From Escherichia phage Sciku, in sequence record MK931439.1: DNA of 43,130 nt, one strand, 5' to 3'. This document shows, piece after piece, positions 1-8,596 of the stretch. Both the position numbers and the translations under genes were made by a program. Every line of letters begins with the position of its first letter. Positions within the stretch are counted from its first letter, which is position 1. The notes beneath the pieces were generated by a model. The model did not search any database. It had not been told where the DNA came from and saw only the letters and a program-made list of their open reading frames with translations.

Positions 1-51
1 AGGGCGCGTCTGATGCGCTCTGATGGTCAGACGCATATGTCAGGGGGTTAT

Positions 52-597
52 ATGAAACTTACACTTAAGCAACCATCACCTGAGGTGGTGCAAGCTGCAC
101 ATGAAGAGGCTGTTAGTGCCAACCGTCGCCGTAAACGACCACGTGGCAAACAGAGCCTTTACCAGTCATCCCGTAATTCCGCTGCATTGTGGGACCCGGA
201 CTATTGCGACGAGTTAATCCGGTTCTTCGACCGCAACTCGTGGGAACTCGTACCTACGTCCAAAGGTGACGAACGCCCGTTGATTCAGGATAAACCCCCG
301 TCACTGGCCCGCTTCGCCTTACATATCGGCGTCACTATCCCTATTATTAAGCTGTGGTTGCGTGAAATTACCGCATTTGCCGAAGCCTATGAAACCGCTC
401 AGGCGCTGGAAGAGGCGTATTTCACCGAGACAGGCGCGGCCGGTATCTCCGCTACGTTTGCTGCCGCTAAGCTGGGCCTAAGCAAAGAGAAACCGGTTGA
501 ATCTACTGAAAAAACCGCGCCGACTGAGATTGTGTTCACTGTGGCAGAGCCCGTAGGTAAAATCGTTACCACGAACATGGGTGAGGTAGAGGAATGA
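52..597 (+). CDS. putative terminase small subunit
   Basis: ORF directly upstream of and overlapping (ATGA) the large terminase; ATG at 52 preceded by GGGGG; assigned by position only. Confidence 0.35.
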   Translation: MKLTLKQPSPEVVQAAHEEAVSANRRRKRPRGKQSLYQSSRNSAALWDPDYCDELIRFFDRNSWELVPTSKGDERPLIQDKPPSLARFALHIGVTIPIIKLWLREITAFAEAYETAQALEEAYFTETGAAGISATFAAAKLGLSKEKPVESTEKTAPTEIVFTVAEPVGKIVTTNMGEVEE

Positions 598-1844
598 GTA
601 TTCAGCTATCAGCCCCTCAGGCGCTGTTCCTGAACTGCGATAACAAATACAAGGCCTATGTCGGTGGCTTCGGCAGCGGCAAGACGTTTGTCGGCTGCCT
701 CGACCTGCTTACGTTCATGCTTAAGCACCCAGGTACGCGCCTTGGTTACTTCGGCCCGACCTACCCGGCTATCCGCGACATCTTCTACCCGACATTCGAG
801 GAAGCTGCTAACCTCCTGGGCCTTGATGTGCTGGTTAAATCCGGCGACAAAGAGGTCGTCGTTACGCGCGGTAAGACTGTAATTGGTACAGTAATCTGCC
901 GCTCGATGGATAACCCCGGCTCGATAGTCGGCTTCAAAATCGCTGCTGCGGTAGTCGATGAATTAGACGTACTGAGCCGTGAGAAAGCGGAGCTAGCGTG
1001 GAACAAAATCGTGGCCCGTATGCGTCTGGTTATCCCTGGCGTAATTAACCACATCTCCGTCACTACGACGCCGGAGGGGTTCAAGTTCGTCTACGCCAAG
1101 TTCAAAGAGAACCCGACACCTAGCTACTCTATGGTGCAGGCGTCAACTCATGAGAACGCCAGGTTCCTGCCGCCGGATTACATCAGCTCGCTGACCGAGA
1201 CCTACCCGGCGCAGTTGATTAACGCCTACCTTAATGGTGAGTTCGTTAACCTTACTTCTGGCAGTGTCTACTACGCCTACGACCGACGAAAGCAACGCAG
1301 TAAAGAGACAATCAAACCTGGTGACACCCTGTACATCGGGCAGGACTTCAACGTTACGAAAAACGCCAGCGCCGTGTATGTGCGACGCCCTAACGGGTGG
1401 CACGCGGTAGCAGAACTGAAAGGGCTGTTCGACACTCCTGACACCGTGCGCGTTATTACCGAGAAGTGGAAGTCGCAAGGCCACCGCATCGTCGTGTATC
1501 CGGATGCCAGCGGAAAGAACCGCAAGACCAACTCGGCGTCAATCTCTGACATAGCCTTACTCCAGCAGGCCGGGTTCGATGTGCGGGCTAAATCTGCCAA
1601 TCCGCCGGTTAAGGACCGTGTTTTAGCCGTGAATACCGCGCTGGAAAAAGGTAAGCTGTGGGTTAATGACCACTTATGCCCTGAGATAGCGAAGACTCTG
1701 GAGCAACAGGCGTACGACGACAACGGTGAGCCAGCTAAAGACGGCGTCATAGACCATATGGCGGATGCGCTTGGTTATCCTGTAGTTTACGAGATGCCGG
1801 TGGTTAAACCAGTAATCAACATCCCGGTGACTTTCGCACTTTAA
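594..1844 (+). CDS. terL: terminase large subunit
   Basis: N-terminal Walker A P-loop VGGFGSGKT; 416 aa; terS-terL-portal order. Confidence 0.85.
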   Translation: MSIQLSAPQALFLNCDNKYKAYVGGFGSGKTFVGCLDLLTFMLKHPGTRLGYFGPTYPAIRDIFYPTFEEAANLLGLDVLVKSGDKEVVVTRGKTVIGTVICRSMDNPGSIVGFKIAAAVVDELDVLSREKAELAWNKIVARMRLVIPGVINHISVTTTPEGFKFVYAKFKENPTPSYSMVQASTHENARFLPPDYISSLTETYPAQLINAYLNGEFVNLTSGSVYYAYDRRKQRSKETIKPGDTLYIGQDFNVTKNASAVYVRRPNGWHAVAELKGLFDTPDTVRVITEKWKSQGHRIVVYPDASGKNRKTNSASISDIALLQQAGFDVRAKSANPPVKDRVLAVNTALEKGKLWVNDHLCPEIAKTLEQQAYDDNGEPAKDGVIDHMADALGYPVVYEMPVVKPVINIPVTFAL

Positions 1845-1856
1845 GAGGATTATTCA

Positions 1857-3326
1857 ATGTTAACTATGAACGGTCAGAATCAGGGTGTTAAGACAAAACA
1901 CCGGGAATGGCTGCATCACTTTGATAAATGGCAGAAGGTGCGCCATGCGCTGGAAGGCGACCTTATCCGTTACCTGCGTAACGTCGGGAAGAACGAGCCT
2001 GACCCGACTTACGCCGCCCAACGCCAGGAGGAATACGAGAACGGCGCTATCTGCTACAACTTCACCAAGCGCACCCTGTCGGGTATGGTCGGCTCAGTTA
2101 TGAGAAAAGACCCTGAGCAGATTATTCCTCGTGAACTGGAGTACCTGTTACGCAATGCCGACGGTTCTGGTGTTGGCCTGTGGCAGCACGCGCAGGATAC
2201 GCTGATGGAGATTGACTCAGTAGGCCGTGGTGGTTTGCTGGTTGACGCCCCGGAAACAGCCGCAGCAACGGCAGCCGAACAGAACGCCGGATTATTAAAC
2301 CCGGTCATCGCATTCTACACCGCAGAGAACATCATCAACTGGCGACTCACTCGCGTAGGCTCGGTTAACCGCGTCACGATGGTAGTGCTGCGCGAGGTAT
2401 GGGAGTATTCAGAACCTGGTGCGGAGTTTGAAACCAAATTCGGCGAACAATACCGCGTTCTCGACTTGACTGATGGCCGCTACCGCCAGCGCATATACCG
2501 TTTCGATGCCGAAGGTGGTGCGCAGGGTGATGTAAAAGAAATCTTCCCGGAACTGGGCGAACAGTTGCGCGGAAAAATCCCATTCACGTTTATTGGTGCG
2601 AGTAATAACGACGCGACGGTTGATGACGCACCTTTGCTGCCGTTGGCAGAACTCAATATCGGACATTTCCGCAACAGCGCAGACAATGAGGAATCTAGCT
2701 TCGTCGTAGGTCAGCCTACCCTGTTTATCGCCCCAGGCGAGAATATGAGCATGGAGCAGTGGAAAGAGGCCAACCCTCACGGCGTGCGCATGGGTTCACG
2801 TTCAGGCCACAACATCGGCTACGGCGGCAACGCGTTTCTGGTTCAGGCCGGGGAGAATAACCTCGCCAAACAGAACATGCTGGACAAGGAGAATCAGGCC
2901 ATCCAGATCGGCGCGCAGCTTATCACGCCTACCCAGCAAATCACCGCTGAATCCGCCCGCCTGCAACGTGGTGCCGATACTTCCGTAATGGCGACTATCG
3001 CGCGTAACGTAAGCATGGCGTATACAGAGGCGCTGCGCTGGGTAGCTGCGATGCTGGGCCTGCGCGAAGGTGTGGAAATTGAGTTCAAGCTGAATATGGA
3101 GTTCTTCCTGCAACCGATGACTGCGCAAGACCGTGCGCAGTGGATGGCGGACATTAACGCCGGTTTACTTCCTGCAACTGCTTACTACGCCGCGTTGCGT
3201 AAGGCCGGGGTAACTGACTGGACTGACGAGGAGATTACAACGGCGATTGAGGACGCACCTGTGCCGTTAGGTGCTGTTACTCAGGTAGCTGGTGAGATTC
3301 CGCAGTCGGCGCAACAGCAGGAGTAA
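1857..3326 (+). CDS. portal protein
   Basis: 489 aa ORF immediately after terL; size and position typical of portal; no diagnostic motif checked. Confidence 0.7.
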   Translation: MLTMNGQNQGVKTKHREWLHHFDKWQKVRHALEGDLIRYLRNVGKNEPDPTYAAQRQEEYENGAICYNFTKRTLSGMVGSVMRKDPEQIIPRELEYLLRNADGSGVGLWQHAQDTLMEIDSVGRGGLLVDAPETAAATAAEQNAGLLNPVIAFYTAENIINWRLTRVGSVNRVTMVVLREVWEYSEPGAEFETKFGEQYRVLDLTDGRYRQRIYRFDAEGGAQGDVKEIFPELGEQLRGKIPFTFIGASNNDATVDDAPLLPLAELNIGHFRNSADNEESSFVVGQPTLFIAPGENMSMEQWKEANPHGVRMGSRSGHNIGYGGNAFLVQAGENNLAKQNMLDKENQAIQIGAQLITPTQQITAESARLQRGADTSVMATIARNVSMAYTEALRWVAAMLGLREGVEIEFKLNMEFFLQPMTAQDRAQWMADINAGLLPATAYYAALRKAGVTDWTDEEITTAIEDAPVPLGAVTQVAGEIPQSAQQQE

Positions 3327-3331
3327 AGGAA

Positions 3332-3358
3332 AAGGCCCTGTTATGGGGCCTTAGTTTT
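3332..3358. terminator. bidirectional rho-independent terminator
   Basis: AAGGCCC-N7-GGGCCTT hairpin followed by TTTTAT, between convergent portal gene and antisense gene. Confidence 0.6.
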
Positions 3359-3878
3359 ATTTAAATCGTGCGGGTATTAGCACCATAAATGCTGAGTTTG
3401 AAAATGATATTTTGCAACCTCTGGTTTGATCCTGGAAATCGAAACGAGCAATTACATTTTTGTATGCCTTAGAAATCTTGTACGCGTCAGCTAAATACTG
3501 CATAGCGAATCCTATACTATCAACCGCACCTGGCTCGATGCGCGCCACGCGCCTCCAGTCAGGAAAGTTTCCGTCTACAACATCTACCGGAAGTGTACAT
3601 ATAAGAGAACGACTATCGTCATAGAAGGAAACACTGCCGTTGGTATGGTTCACCTCCGCGTAGTTAAATTTAGATGGTTCTCTACCTTTGATGTCTATGA
3701 GAATCCCCTTCTCAACGTTTGTCTTCACATTGTCACAGAACAATCTACGACCATCCGTAGACACTATCAATCCTTCCGGGTCTATGTAAAAAGCGTTCAA
3801 ATAGTAGCGCGCATCATTTTTAGCCCTGCAGATTTTCGCCCCTACATACGCAGGGAAAGTAATAACGGTAGTAATCAT
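3357..3878 (-). CDS. hypothetical protein (antisense moron)
   Basis: 173 aa from ATG at 3878 with AGGAGG RBS 6 nt upstream; opposite strand to all flanking structural genes; no recognisable motif. Confidence 0.55.
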   Translation of the reverse strand: MITTVITFPAYVGAKICRAKNDARYYLNAFYIDPEGLIVSTDGRRLFCDNVKTNVEKGILIDIKGREPSKFNYAEVNHTNGSVSFYDDSRSLICTLPVDVVDGNFPDWRRVARIEPGAVDSIGFAMQYLADAYKISKAYKNVIARFDFQDQTRGCKISFSNSAFMVLIPARFK

Positions 3879-3904
3879 TTTATGCCTCCTGTTTAAGTTA
3901 ACTG

Positions 3905-3934
3905 AATAGTACCCTATTATATTGGTGTCTGCAA
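3905..3934 (-). promoter_or_regulatory. sigma70-like promoter with AATAG-N4-CTATT operator (type B)
   Basis: minus strand: -35 TTGCAG (3934-3929), 17-nt spacer, -10 TACTAT (3911-3906); palindrome AATAGtaccCTATT at 3905-3918. Confidence 0.45.
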
Positions 3935-3978
3935 ATATCATTTTTATGCGTTACACTGACACCACTACAGGAGGGCAT

Positions 3979-5022
3979 ATGAGCTTACTAACATCATTAA
4001 TCAGCCACCAGATTTGGCTGCAACGCACCGCATCCGGTGAAGTGAAGGACCTCACACCATTCATTCAGGAGATGCGAGATGAAATCAAAAGGCAGGTGCT
4101 GTTGTTCGGCGACGACGGGCGGAGCACAGCGCGTCTGAATAAACTATTGCGCGACCTCGAGGAAGCACTTACCGGGCTAACCGGCGACTGGCAGACTAAG
4201 CTGACAGAAGACCTTAAGGAGCTTGCAGCGTATGAGGCTGAGTGGAATGTGAAGACACTCACGGCTAACGTTAATGCGGAATTTGTTACCCCGACCGCTG
4301 AACAGGTGTGGTCCGCCGCCGTGTTTCAACCACTGGCGCTAAGCGAAAAGCCCGTTGACTTCACGAAGCTTATGGAAGGCTGGGGTGAAACGGAAGTAGC
4401 TCGCCTCGTTACCGGCGTTAAGATGGGCTTTGTGCAGGGCCGGACAACACGACAGATTATCAAGAGCGTTGTTGGCAACGGTGGGCTATCGGATAAATCA
4501 GCCAACAACGCCGCCGTTGTAATCCGCACCGCTCTTTCACACGTATCTAACGAAGCCCGTAACGAGACTTATCGACAGAACAGTGACATCATCGAGAAAT
4601 ACGAGTGGGTATCCACGCTTGACAGTCGTACCAGCACAATCTGCAAGGCCAGAGACGGCATGACGTGGGGAATCGGTAAAGGCCCTATGCCCCCAGCCCA
4701 TCCGAATTGTCGAAGTACCACAGCACCTGTAATCAGTTCAGAGTTCTATTTCCTTGACGCGGGCGCAAAACGTGCGGCTAAGGGGGCAGATGGAGGTACA
4801 CAAGTTAGCGCGGATACCACTTATTATGAGTTTCTGAAACAGCAACCAGCGTGGTTTCAGGACCAGGCGTTAGGCCCGGTGCGCGGTAAGATTTTCCGCA
4901 ACAGCGGTATATCGCCGGAAGAGTTTCGCGTAATATCTGTAGATGGTTTCGGGAATCCGCTCACGCTTAAGCAGATGGCGGAACTCGATAAACGTGTTGC
5001 TGATTATCTGAAAGGGGAATAA
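3979..5022 (+). CDS. head morphogenesis / minor head protein
   Basis: ATG at 3979 with AGGAGGG RBS; position after portal typical of Mu F / SPP1 gp7-type proteins; family call is positional. Confidence 0.5.
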   Translation: MSLLTSLISHQIWLQRTASGEVKDLTPFIQEMRDEIKRQVLLFGDDGRSTARLNKLLRDLEEALTGLTGDWQTKLTEDLKELAAYEAEWNVKTLTANVNAEFVTPTAEQVWSAAVFQPLALSEKPVDFTKLMEGWGETEVARLVTGVKMGFVQGRTTRQIIKSVVGNGGLSDKSANNAAVVIRTALSHVSNEARNETYRQNSDIIEKYEWVSTLDSRTSTICKARDGMTWGIGKGPMPPAHPNCRSTTAPVISSEFYFLDAGAKRAAKGADGGTQVSADTTYYEFLKQQPAWFQDQALGPVRGKIFRNSGISPEEFRVISVDGFGNPLTLKQMAELDKRVADYLKGE

Positions 5023-5483
5023 TGATGGGCTTTTTCAAAGTAACTGATGTACCTTCGCGCCGTGTTGTCCAGTACGCCCGCGTGTCAGGCTCCGGCGAGA
5101 ACGTGACCTACGTTGAAGATGAAAGTGTACTGGGTACACCTGTAGACGAGATGCCGTATGCAGATAAAACTGGTATCGCCATCACGGCGGCAGGTATGCT
5201 TTACGAGATTCCGTATCTGGAAGACGCAGGTGACGTGTACTTCTCCGTGCAACCGAAAGACGCGGAACTGGTAGACGGAAGCGCGGTAATCACGGTAGAA
5301 GTTAAGGCGTATAAAGCACCATATTCGCTGACCTGGTACAAAGACGGGAAGGAAGTCGTTAACGCACCAGAAGAAGCTTTGTCTCTGACGGTTAACGCTG
5401 CAGGCGAATACTTCGTTAAAGTTACTGATGCCGATGGTGTAGAGGCTGTGAGTAAAGCGGCGAAGGTTACTAAGCCGGAATAA
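5022..5483 (+). CDS. Ig-like domain protein, possible capsid decoration protein
   Basis: C-terminal YSLTWYKDGKEV...GEYFVKVTDADG resembles an immunoglobulin-like strand pattern; similar motif in 8219-8560. Confidence 0.4.
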   Translation: MMGFFKVTDVPSRRVVQYARVSGSGENVTYVEDESVLGTPVDEMPYADKTGIAITAAGMLYEIPYLEDAGDVYFSVQPKDAELVDGSAVITVEVKAYKAPYSLTWYKDGKEVVNAPEEALSLTVNAAGEYFVKVTDADGVEAVSKAAKVTKPE

Positions 5484-5486
5484 ACT

Positions 5487-5508
5487 AAAGCCCCGAAAGG
5501 GGCTTTTT
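5487..5508 (+). terminator. rho-independent terminator
   Basis: AAAGCCCC-GAAA-GGGGCTTT hairpin followed by TT. Confidence 0.65.
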
Positions 5509-5572
5509 AGCGCCTGTGATTATTCCAGTTATTCCACTCAATTGTAAATGTTGGAATAAACTATTCGAATAG

Positions 5573-5601
5573 TTGACTTTTCACTAAAAATGTGCTAAGC
5601 T
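5573..5601 (+). promoter_or_regulatory. sigma70-like promoter (copy 1 of duplicated promoter-leader unit)
   Basis: TTGACT (5573-5578), 17-nt spacer, TAAGCT (5596-5601); palindrome CTATTCGAATAG abuts the -35 at 5561-5572. Confidence 0.5.
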
Positions 5602-5642
5602 CCACCTGAGCTTGTGAAGTATGAACAAGCGACCGCGGCGCG
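5573..5642 (+). repeat. conserved about 70-bp promoter-leader block, copy 1
   Basis: near-identical to 37503-37572 at a constant offset of 31930; contains a 38-nt identical core CCTGAGCTTGTGAAGTATGAACAAGCGACCGCGGCGCG. Confidence 0.7.
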
Positions 5643-5781
5643 GGCAGGTAACGGAGCGGGACGTAAGTCCTGAGTGTAGTTACGCTGACGCGTTCGGAAG
5701 GGCCATACTCTATTGCTTGTGTAAAAAGTAACTGGTTTACTGAGATTACGCCGTTTCTATGTTTAAATGATAAGGACTAGC

Positions 5782-5808
5782 GCCCAGCTTTAAGGCTGGG
5801 CTTTACTT
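5782..5808 (+). terminator. terminator-like hairpin closing promoter-leader unit 1
   Basis: GCCCAGC-N6-GCTGGGC stem followed by TTTACTT, just upstream of the spanin RBS. Confidence 0.45.
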
Positions 5809-5825
5809 ATCGAGAAAGGAGAAAC

Positions 5826-6212
5826 ATGAATCCTAAAGCAACTGTCGTAGCTGGAGCATGTTTCATCCTCCTGACATACGGCTACGGAATCTACCAGTAT
5901 CGCAGCGGCTGGAACGAAGGCCGGGCGAATCTCGTTTCGCAGCAACAGCAGGAAGCACAGGCTGAGTTAGCGAAGAAAACACAACGGCAGCAGCAGGACG
6001 AATCTAAGGCCGCCGCCGCTGACAACGAAGGCAAGACGAAATCAGAGGTGATTACCCGTGAAGTCGTTAAGTACATTAAAACGCCTGGCCGCAGCGTGTG
6101 CACTTTCGACGATGCTCGCGTCCTGCTCAAGTCCCACGCCGTTGCCAACGCCAATTCCATCCCCGGATACGACGATGATGCAGCCGCCGTGCAAACTGGC
6201 ACCGCCAAGTAG
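5826..6212 (+). CDS. Rz-like inner-membrane spanin
   Basis: N-terminal transmembrane segment VVAGACFILLTYGYGIY then Q/E/K-rich coiled-coil-like region; AAGGAG RBS; Rz1-like gene overlaps in another frame. Confidence 0.6.
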   Translation: MNPKATVVAGACFILLTYGYGIYQYRSGWNEGRANLVSQQQQEAQAELAKKTQRQQQDESKAAAADNEGKTKSEVITREVVKYIKTPGRSVCTFDDARVLLKSHAVANANSIPGYDDDAAAVQTGTAK

Positions 6213-6321
6213 CGACGCTGACGAGGATTTAGCTATCGACGTTCAGAACGCCGAATGTGTACGGCAACTGAGACTGAAAGTGTTCATGTTGCAGGATTAC
6301 GTGAGGAATATTCTGGAATAG
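6058..6321 (+). CDS. Rz1-like outer-membrane lipoprotein spanin
   Basis: lipoprotein signal with lipobox LASC then proline-rich SSPTPLPTPIPSP; starts inside Rz in a different frame and extends past its stop; GTG start assumed. Confidence 0.55.
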   Translation: MKSLSTLKRLAAACALSTMLASCSSPTPLPTPIPSPDTTMMQPPCKLAPPSSDADEDLAIDVQNAECVRQLRLKVFMLQDYVRNILE

Positions 6322-6403
6322 TTGCCTTGCATGTTGGAATAATTTATTCTTGACATGTAAATCCGGGTGGCCCGGGTTCCAACGTCCAGGGGACATACTG
6401 AAT

Positions 6404-7105
6404 ATGAATCGTTTTTTACGTTATCCGTTCCAGGAAGAAGCTGGGGCAGAAGATAAAGCCGGTGGCGGTAGCGCACCGAAAATGTTCACCGCTGAAGAAG
6501 TTCAGGCGCTGATTGAGAAAGAAGTTGCAGGGCTTAAGGCCAATCAGGAAGCATTACTGGCAGAGAAGAAAGAAGCCGCTCGTAAAGCAAGAGAGGCTGA
6601 AGAAGAACGGCAGCGCGCGCACCAGGAGGCGTTAAAGGCCGCTGGTAAGATGGACGAGTTCGAAAAGACGATTCGTAGCCAGTATGACCCGGTGTTAGCC
6701 GAGAAAGATGGCCGCATCTCCAAAATGGCAGAGCGCATCCTCGGTAGCGAACGTAAAGCGGTGTTAGGCTCTTTCGCGGGTGACTTCATTACCCCGGAAG
6801 CAGTAGACATTCTTGCTCCGTTCGTTAAGACTGAGTTTGATGGCGATGATGTGGTTACTAAGTTTGTTGGCGCAGATGGCAACGTAATCACAACTGACCC
6901 GGAACAGTTCCGCAAATACCTGCGTGAACACAAAGCGTTTTCGCATTTGATTAAAGCAAATGCAGCTTCCGGCGGCGGGGCTTCCGGCGGCAAAGGCGGC
7001 GGGGCCGCACCAGCGTTTAAAGACATGAACGAAGCGGAGCGTTTAGCTCTGTACAAATCGAACCCTGCCGAATTTGAACGGCAACTTAAAGCCCTGAGGA
7101 AATAA
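6404..7105 (+). CDS. putative scaffolding protein
   Basis: ATG at 6404; charged helical E/K/A-rich sequence; directly upstream of the capsid gene. Confidence 0.5.
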   Translation: MNRFLRYPFQEEAGAEDKAGGGSAPKMFTAEEVQALIEKEVAGLKANQEALLAEKKEAARKAREAEEERQRAHQEALKAAGKMDEFEKTIRSQYDPVLAEKDGRISKMAERILGSERKAVLGSFAGDFITPEAVDILAPFVKTEFDGDDVVTKFVGADGNVITTDPEQFRKYLREHKAFSHLIKANAASGGGASGGKGGGAAPAFKDMNEAERLALYKSNPAEFERQLKALRK

Positions 7106-7107
7106 TA

Positions 7108-8157
7108 ATGGCAATTACCACTATCGGCGATATCGTAACTGGCAACGTACCCGTCCTTCTGTCCTATATGACTGAGGACCCGGTAGAGAAAACTGCGTTC
7201 TTCCAGTCCGGCATCCTGGCCCCGACCCCGTACGCTGCTGAGATTGCTCGCGGTCCGTCCAACGTCGCTAATATTCCTTTCTGGAAAGCGATTGATACCT
7301 CTATCGAGCCGAACTACTCGAACGATGTATATCAGGACATCGCCACTCCACGCAACGTACAAACCGGTGAGATGATGGCACGCGTCGCTTATCTGAACGA
7401 AGGCTTCGGACAGGCAGACCTGACTGTTGAACTGACCAGCCAGAACCCGCTGCAATCTGTTGCCGCTCGTCTGGATAACTTCTGGCAGCGTCAGGCACAG
7501 CGCCGTCTGATTGCTACCGCTCTCGGCCTGTATAACGACAACGTAACGGCAACCGATGCTTACCACGAGCAGAACGACATGGTTATCGACGTGTCTGCGA
7601 CTCTGGGCTTCGATTCTGGCGCGTTCATTGACGCTACCCAAACCATGGGTGACGCGCTGATGGGTAATGGTGGTGAAGTGCTGGGGGCAATCGCGATGCA
7701 TAGCTTCGTGTATGCGCAGGCGCGTAAGCAACAGCTTATCGACTTCATCCGCGATGCCGACAACAACACCATGTTCGCCACCTACCAGGGCTACCGCGTG
7801 ATTGTTGACGACAGCATGACCGTAGTTGGTACTGACTCTAGCCGTAAGTTCATCTCCATCATCTTCGGCAACGGCGCTATCGGTTATGGCGAAGGCAATC
7901 CGTCCAATCCGCTGGAATACGAGCGTGAAGCGTCCCGCGGTAACGGCGGTGGTGTTGAAACCCTGTGGACCCGTAAGACCTGGTTGCTGCATCCGCTGGG
8001 TTACAGCTTCACCAGCGCGGTAATCACCGGTAACGGTACTGAAACCGTAGCCCGCTCTGCTTCCTGGCAGGACCTGGCGAACGCCTCCAACTGGAACCGC
8101 GTTGTTGACCGTAAGCATGTGCCGATTGCCTTCCTGGTAACTGGTGTAAGGGCTTAA
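7108..8157 (+). CDS. major capsid protein
   Basis: 349 aa ORF after the scaffold gene and followed by a strong terminator; positional call. Confidence 0.65.
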   Translation: MAITTIGDIVTGNVPVLLSYMTEDPVEKTAFFQSGILAPTPYAAEIARGPSNVANIPFWKAIDTSIEPNYSNDVYQDIATPRNVQTGEMMARVAYLNEGFGQADLTVELTSQNPLQSVAARLDNFWQRQAQRRLIATALGLYNDNVTATDAYHEQNDMVIDVSATLGFDSGAFIDATQTMGDALMGNGGEVLGAIAMHSFVYAQARKQQLIDFIRDADNNTMFATYQGYRVIVDDSMTVVGTDSSRKFISIIFGNGAIGYGEGNPSNPLEYEREASRGNGGGVETLWTRKTWLLHPLGYSFTSAVITGNGTETVARSASWQDLANASNWNRVVDRKHVPIAFLVTGVRA

Positions 8158-8173
8158 GGTTAAGTTATAATCG

Positions 8174-8197
8174 AGAGGGACTTCGGTCCCTCTTTTC
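8174..8197 (+). terminator. rho-independent terminator
   Basis: AGAGGGAC-TTCG-GTCCCTCT hairpin followed by TTTCATTT. Confidence 0.65.
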
Positions 8198-8218
8198 ATT
8201 TACTAAGAGGACTCCTCA

Positions 8219-8560
8219 ATGGCAGACGTATTGAAACGACGCACTACGGGTGTTTCTGCGGATACAGTTGGCGCTAAGATTGACATGGAGACTATTTCTC
8301 CAGCGTCTTTCTCCTCCGCGCTCGCTGCAACCACATCCGTCACAGCGGGTGAAACTATGACACTGACCGTAACAGTAACTGGCGGTCTGGAGCCATATTC
8401 ATATCAGTGGTACAAAGATAACAACGCTATCGCCGGGGGTACCGCGGCTACCTATGCTAAAGCGTCGACCACTACCGCCGATTCCGGCACGTATAAAGTG
8501 GTTGTTCACGATGTGTATGGTAATATTATCTCCAGCAGCACTGTAGCAACTGTGTCTTAA
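8219..8560 (+). CDS. Ig-like domain protein, possible capsid decoration protein
   Basis: YSYQWYKDNNAI...SGTYKVVVHDVYG resembles the Ig-like pattern in 5022-5483; Thr/Ser/Ala-rich. Confidence 0.4.
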   Translation: MADVLKRRTTGVSADTVGAKIDMETISPASFSSALAATTSVTAGETMTLTVTVTGGLEPYSYQWYKDNNAIAGGTAATYAKASTTTADSGTYKVVVHDVYGNIISSSTVATVS

Positions 8561-8596
8561 TACAATGGCCCTTCGGGGCCATAATAAGGAAAGGTC

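Noticed and set aside
658-3154. Multiple 60-160 aa ORFs on both strands inside terL and portal (for example 658-882, 785-1084, 1277-1750, 2409-2780)
   Set aside because: All nested within much longer, motif-supported genes and lacking start context; consistent with chance open frames.
5561-5572. Possible tRNA suggested by the TTCGAAT T-loop-like sequence
   Set aside because: No acceptor stem, anticodon arm or cloverleaf could be built around it; it is the palindrome CTATTCGAATAG next to a promoter -35.
5631-5741. Mini-ORF beginning MNKRPRR inside both copies of the duplicated leader
   Set aside because: No acceptable RBS (only GTGAAG 2 nt upstream); the two copies diverge in length and sequence after residue 7, so the conservation is at nucleotide level rather than protein level.
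6544-8199. 551-aa minus-strand ORF in the six-frame track
   Set aside because: Entirely antisense to the scaffold and major capsid genes, no RBS, low-complexity Ala/Ser/Arg-rich translation typical of the reverse frame of GC-rich coding DNA; treated as spurious.
8565-8582. Hairpin ATGGCCC-TTCG-GGGCCAT after the Ig-like gene as a terminator
   Set aside because: No T-run follows the stem (AATAAGG), so it is more likely an RNA stability or processing hairpin than an intrinsic terminator.
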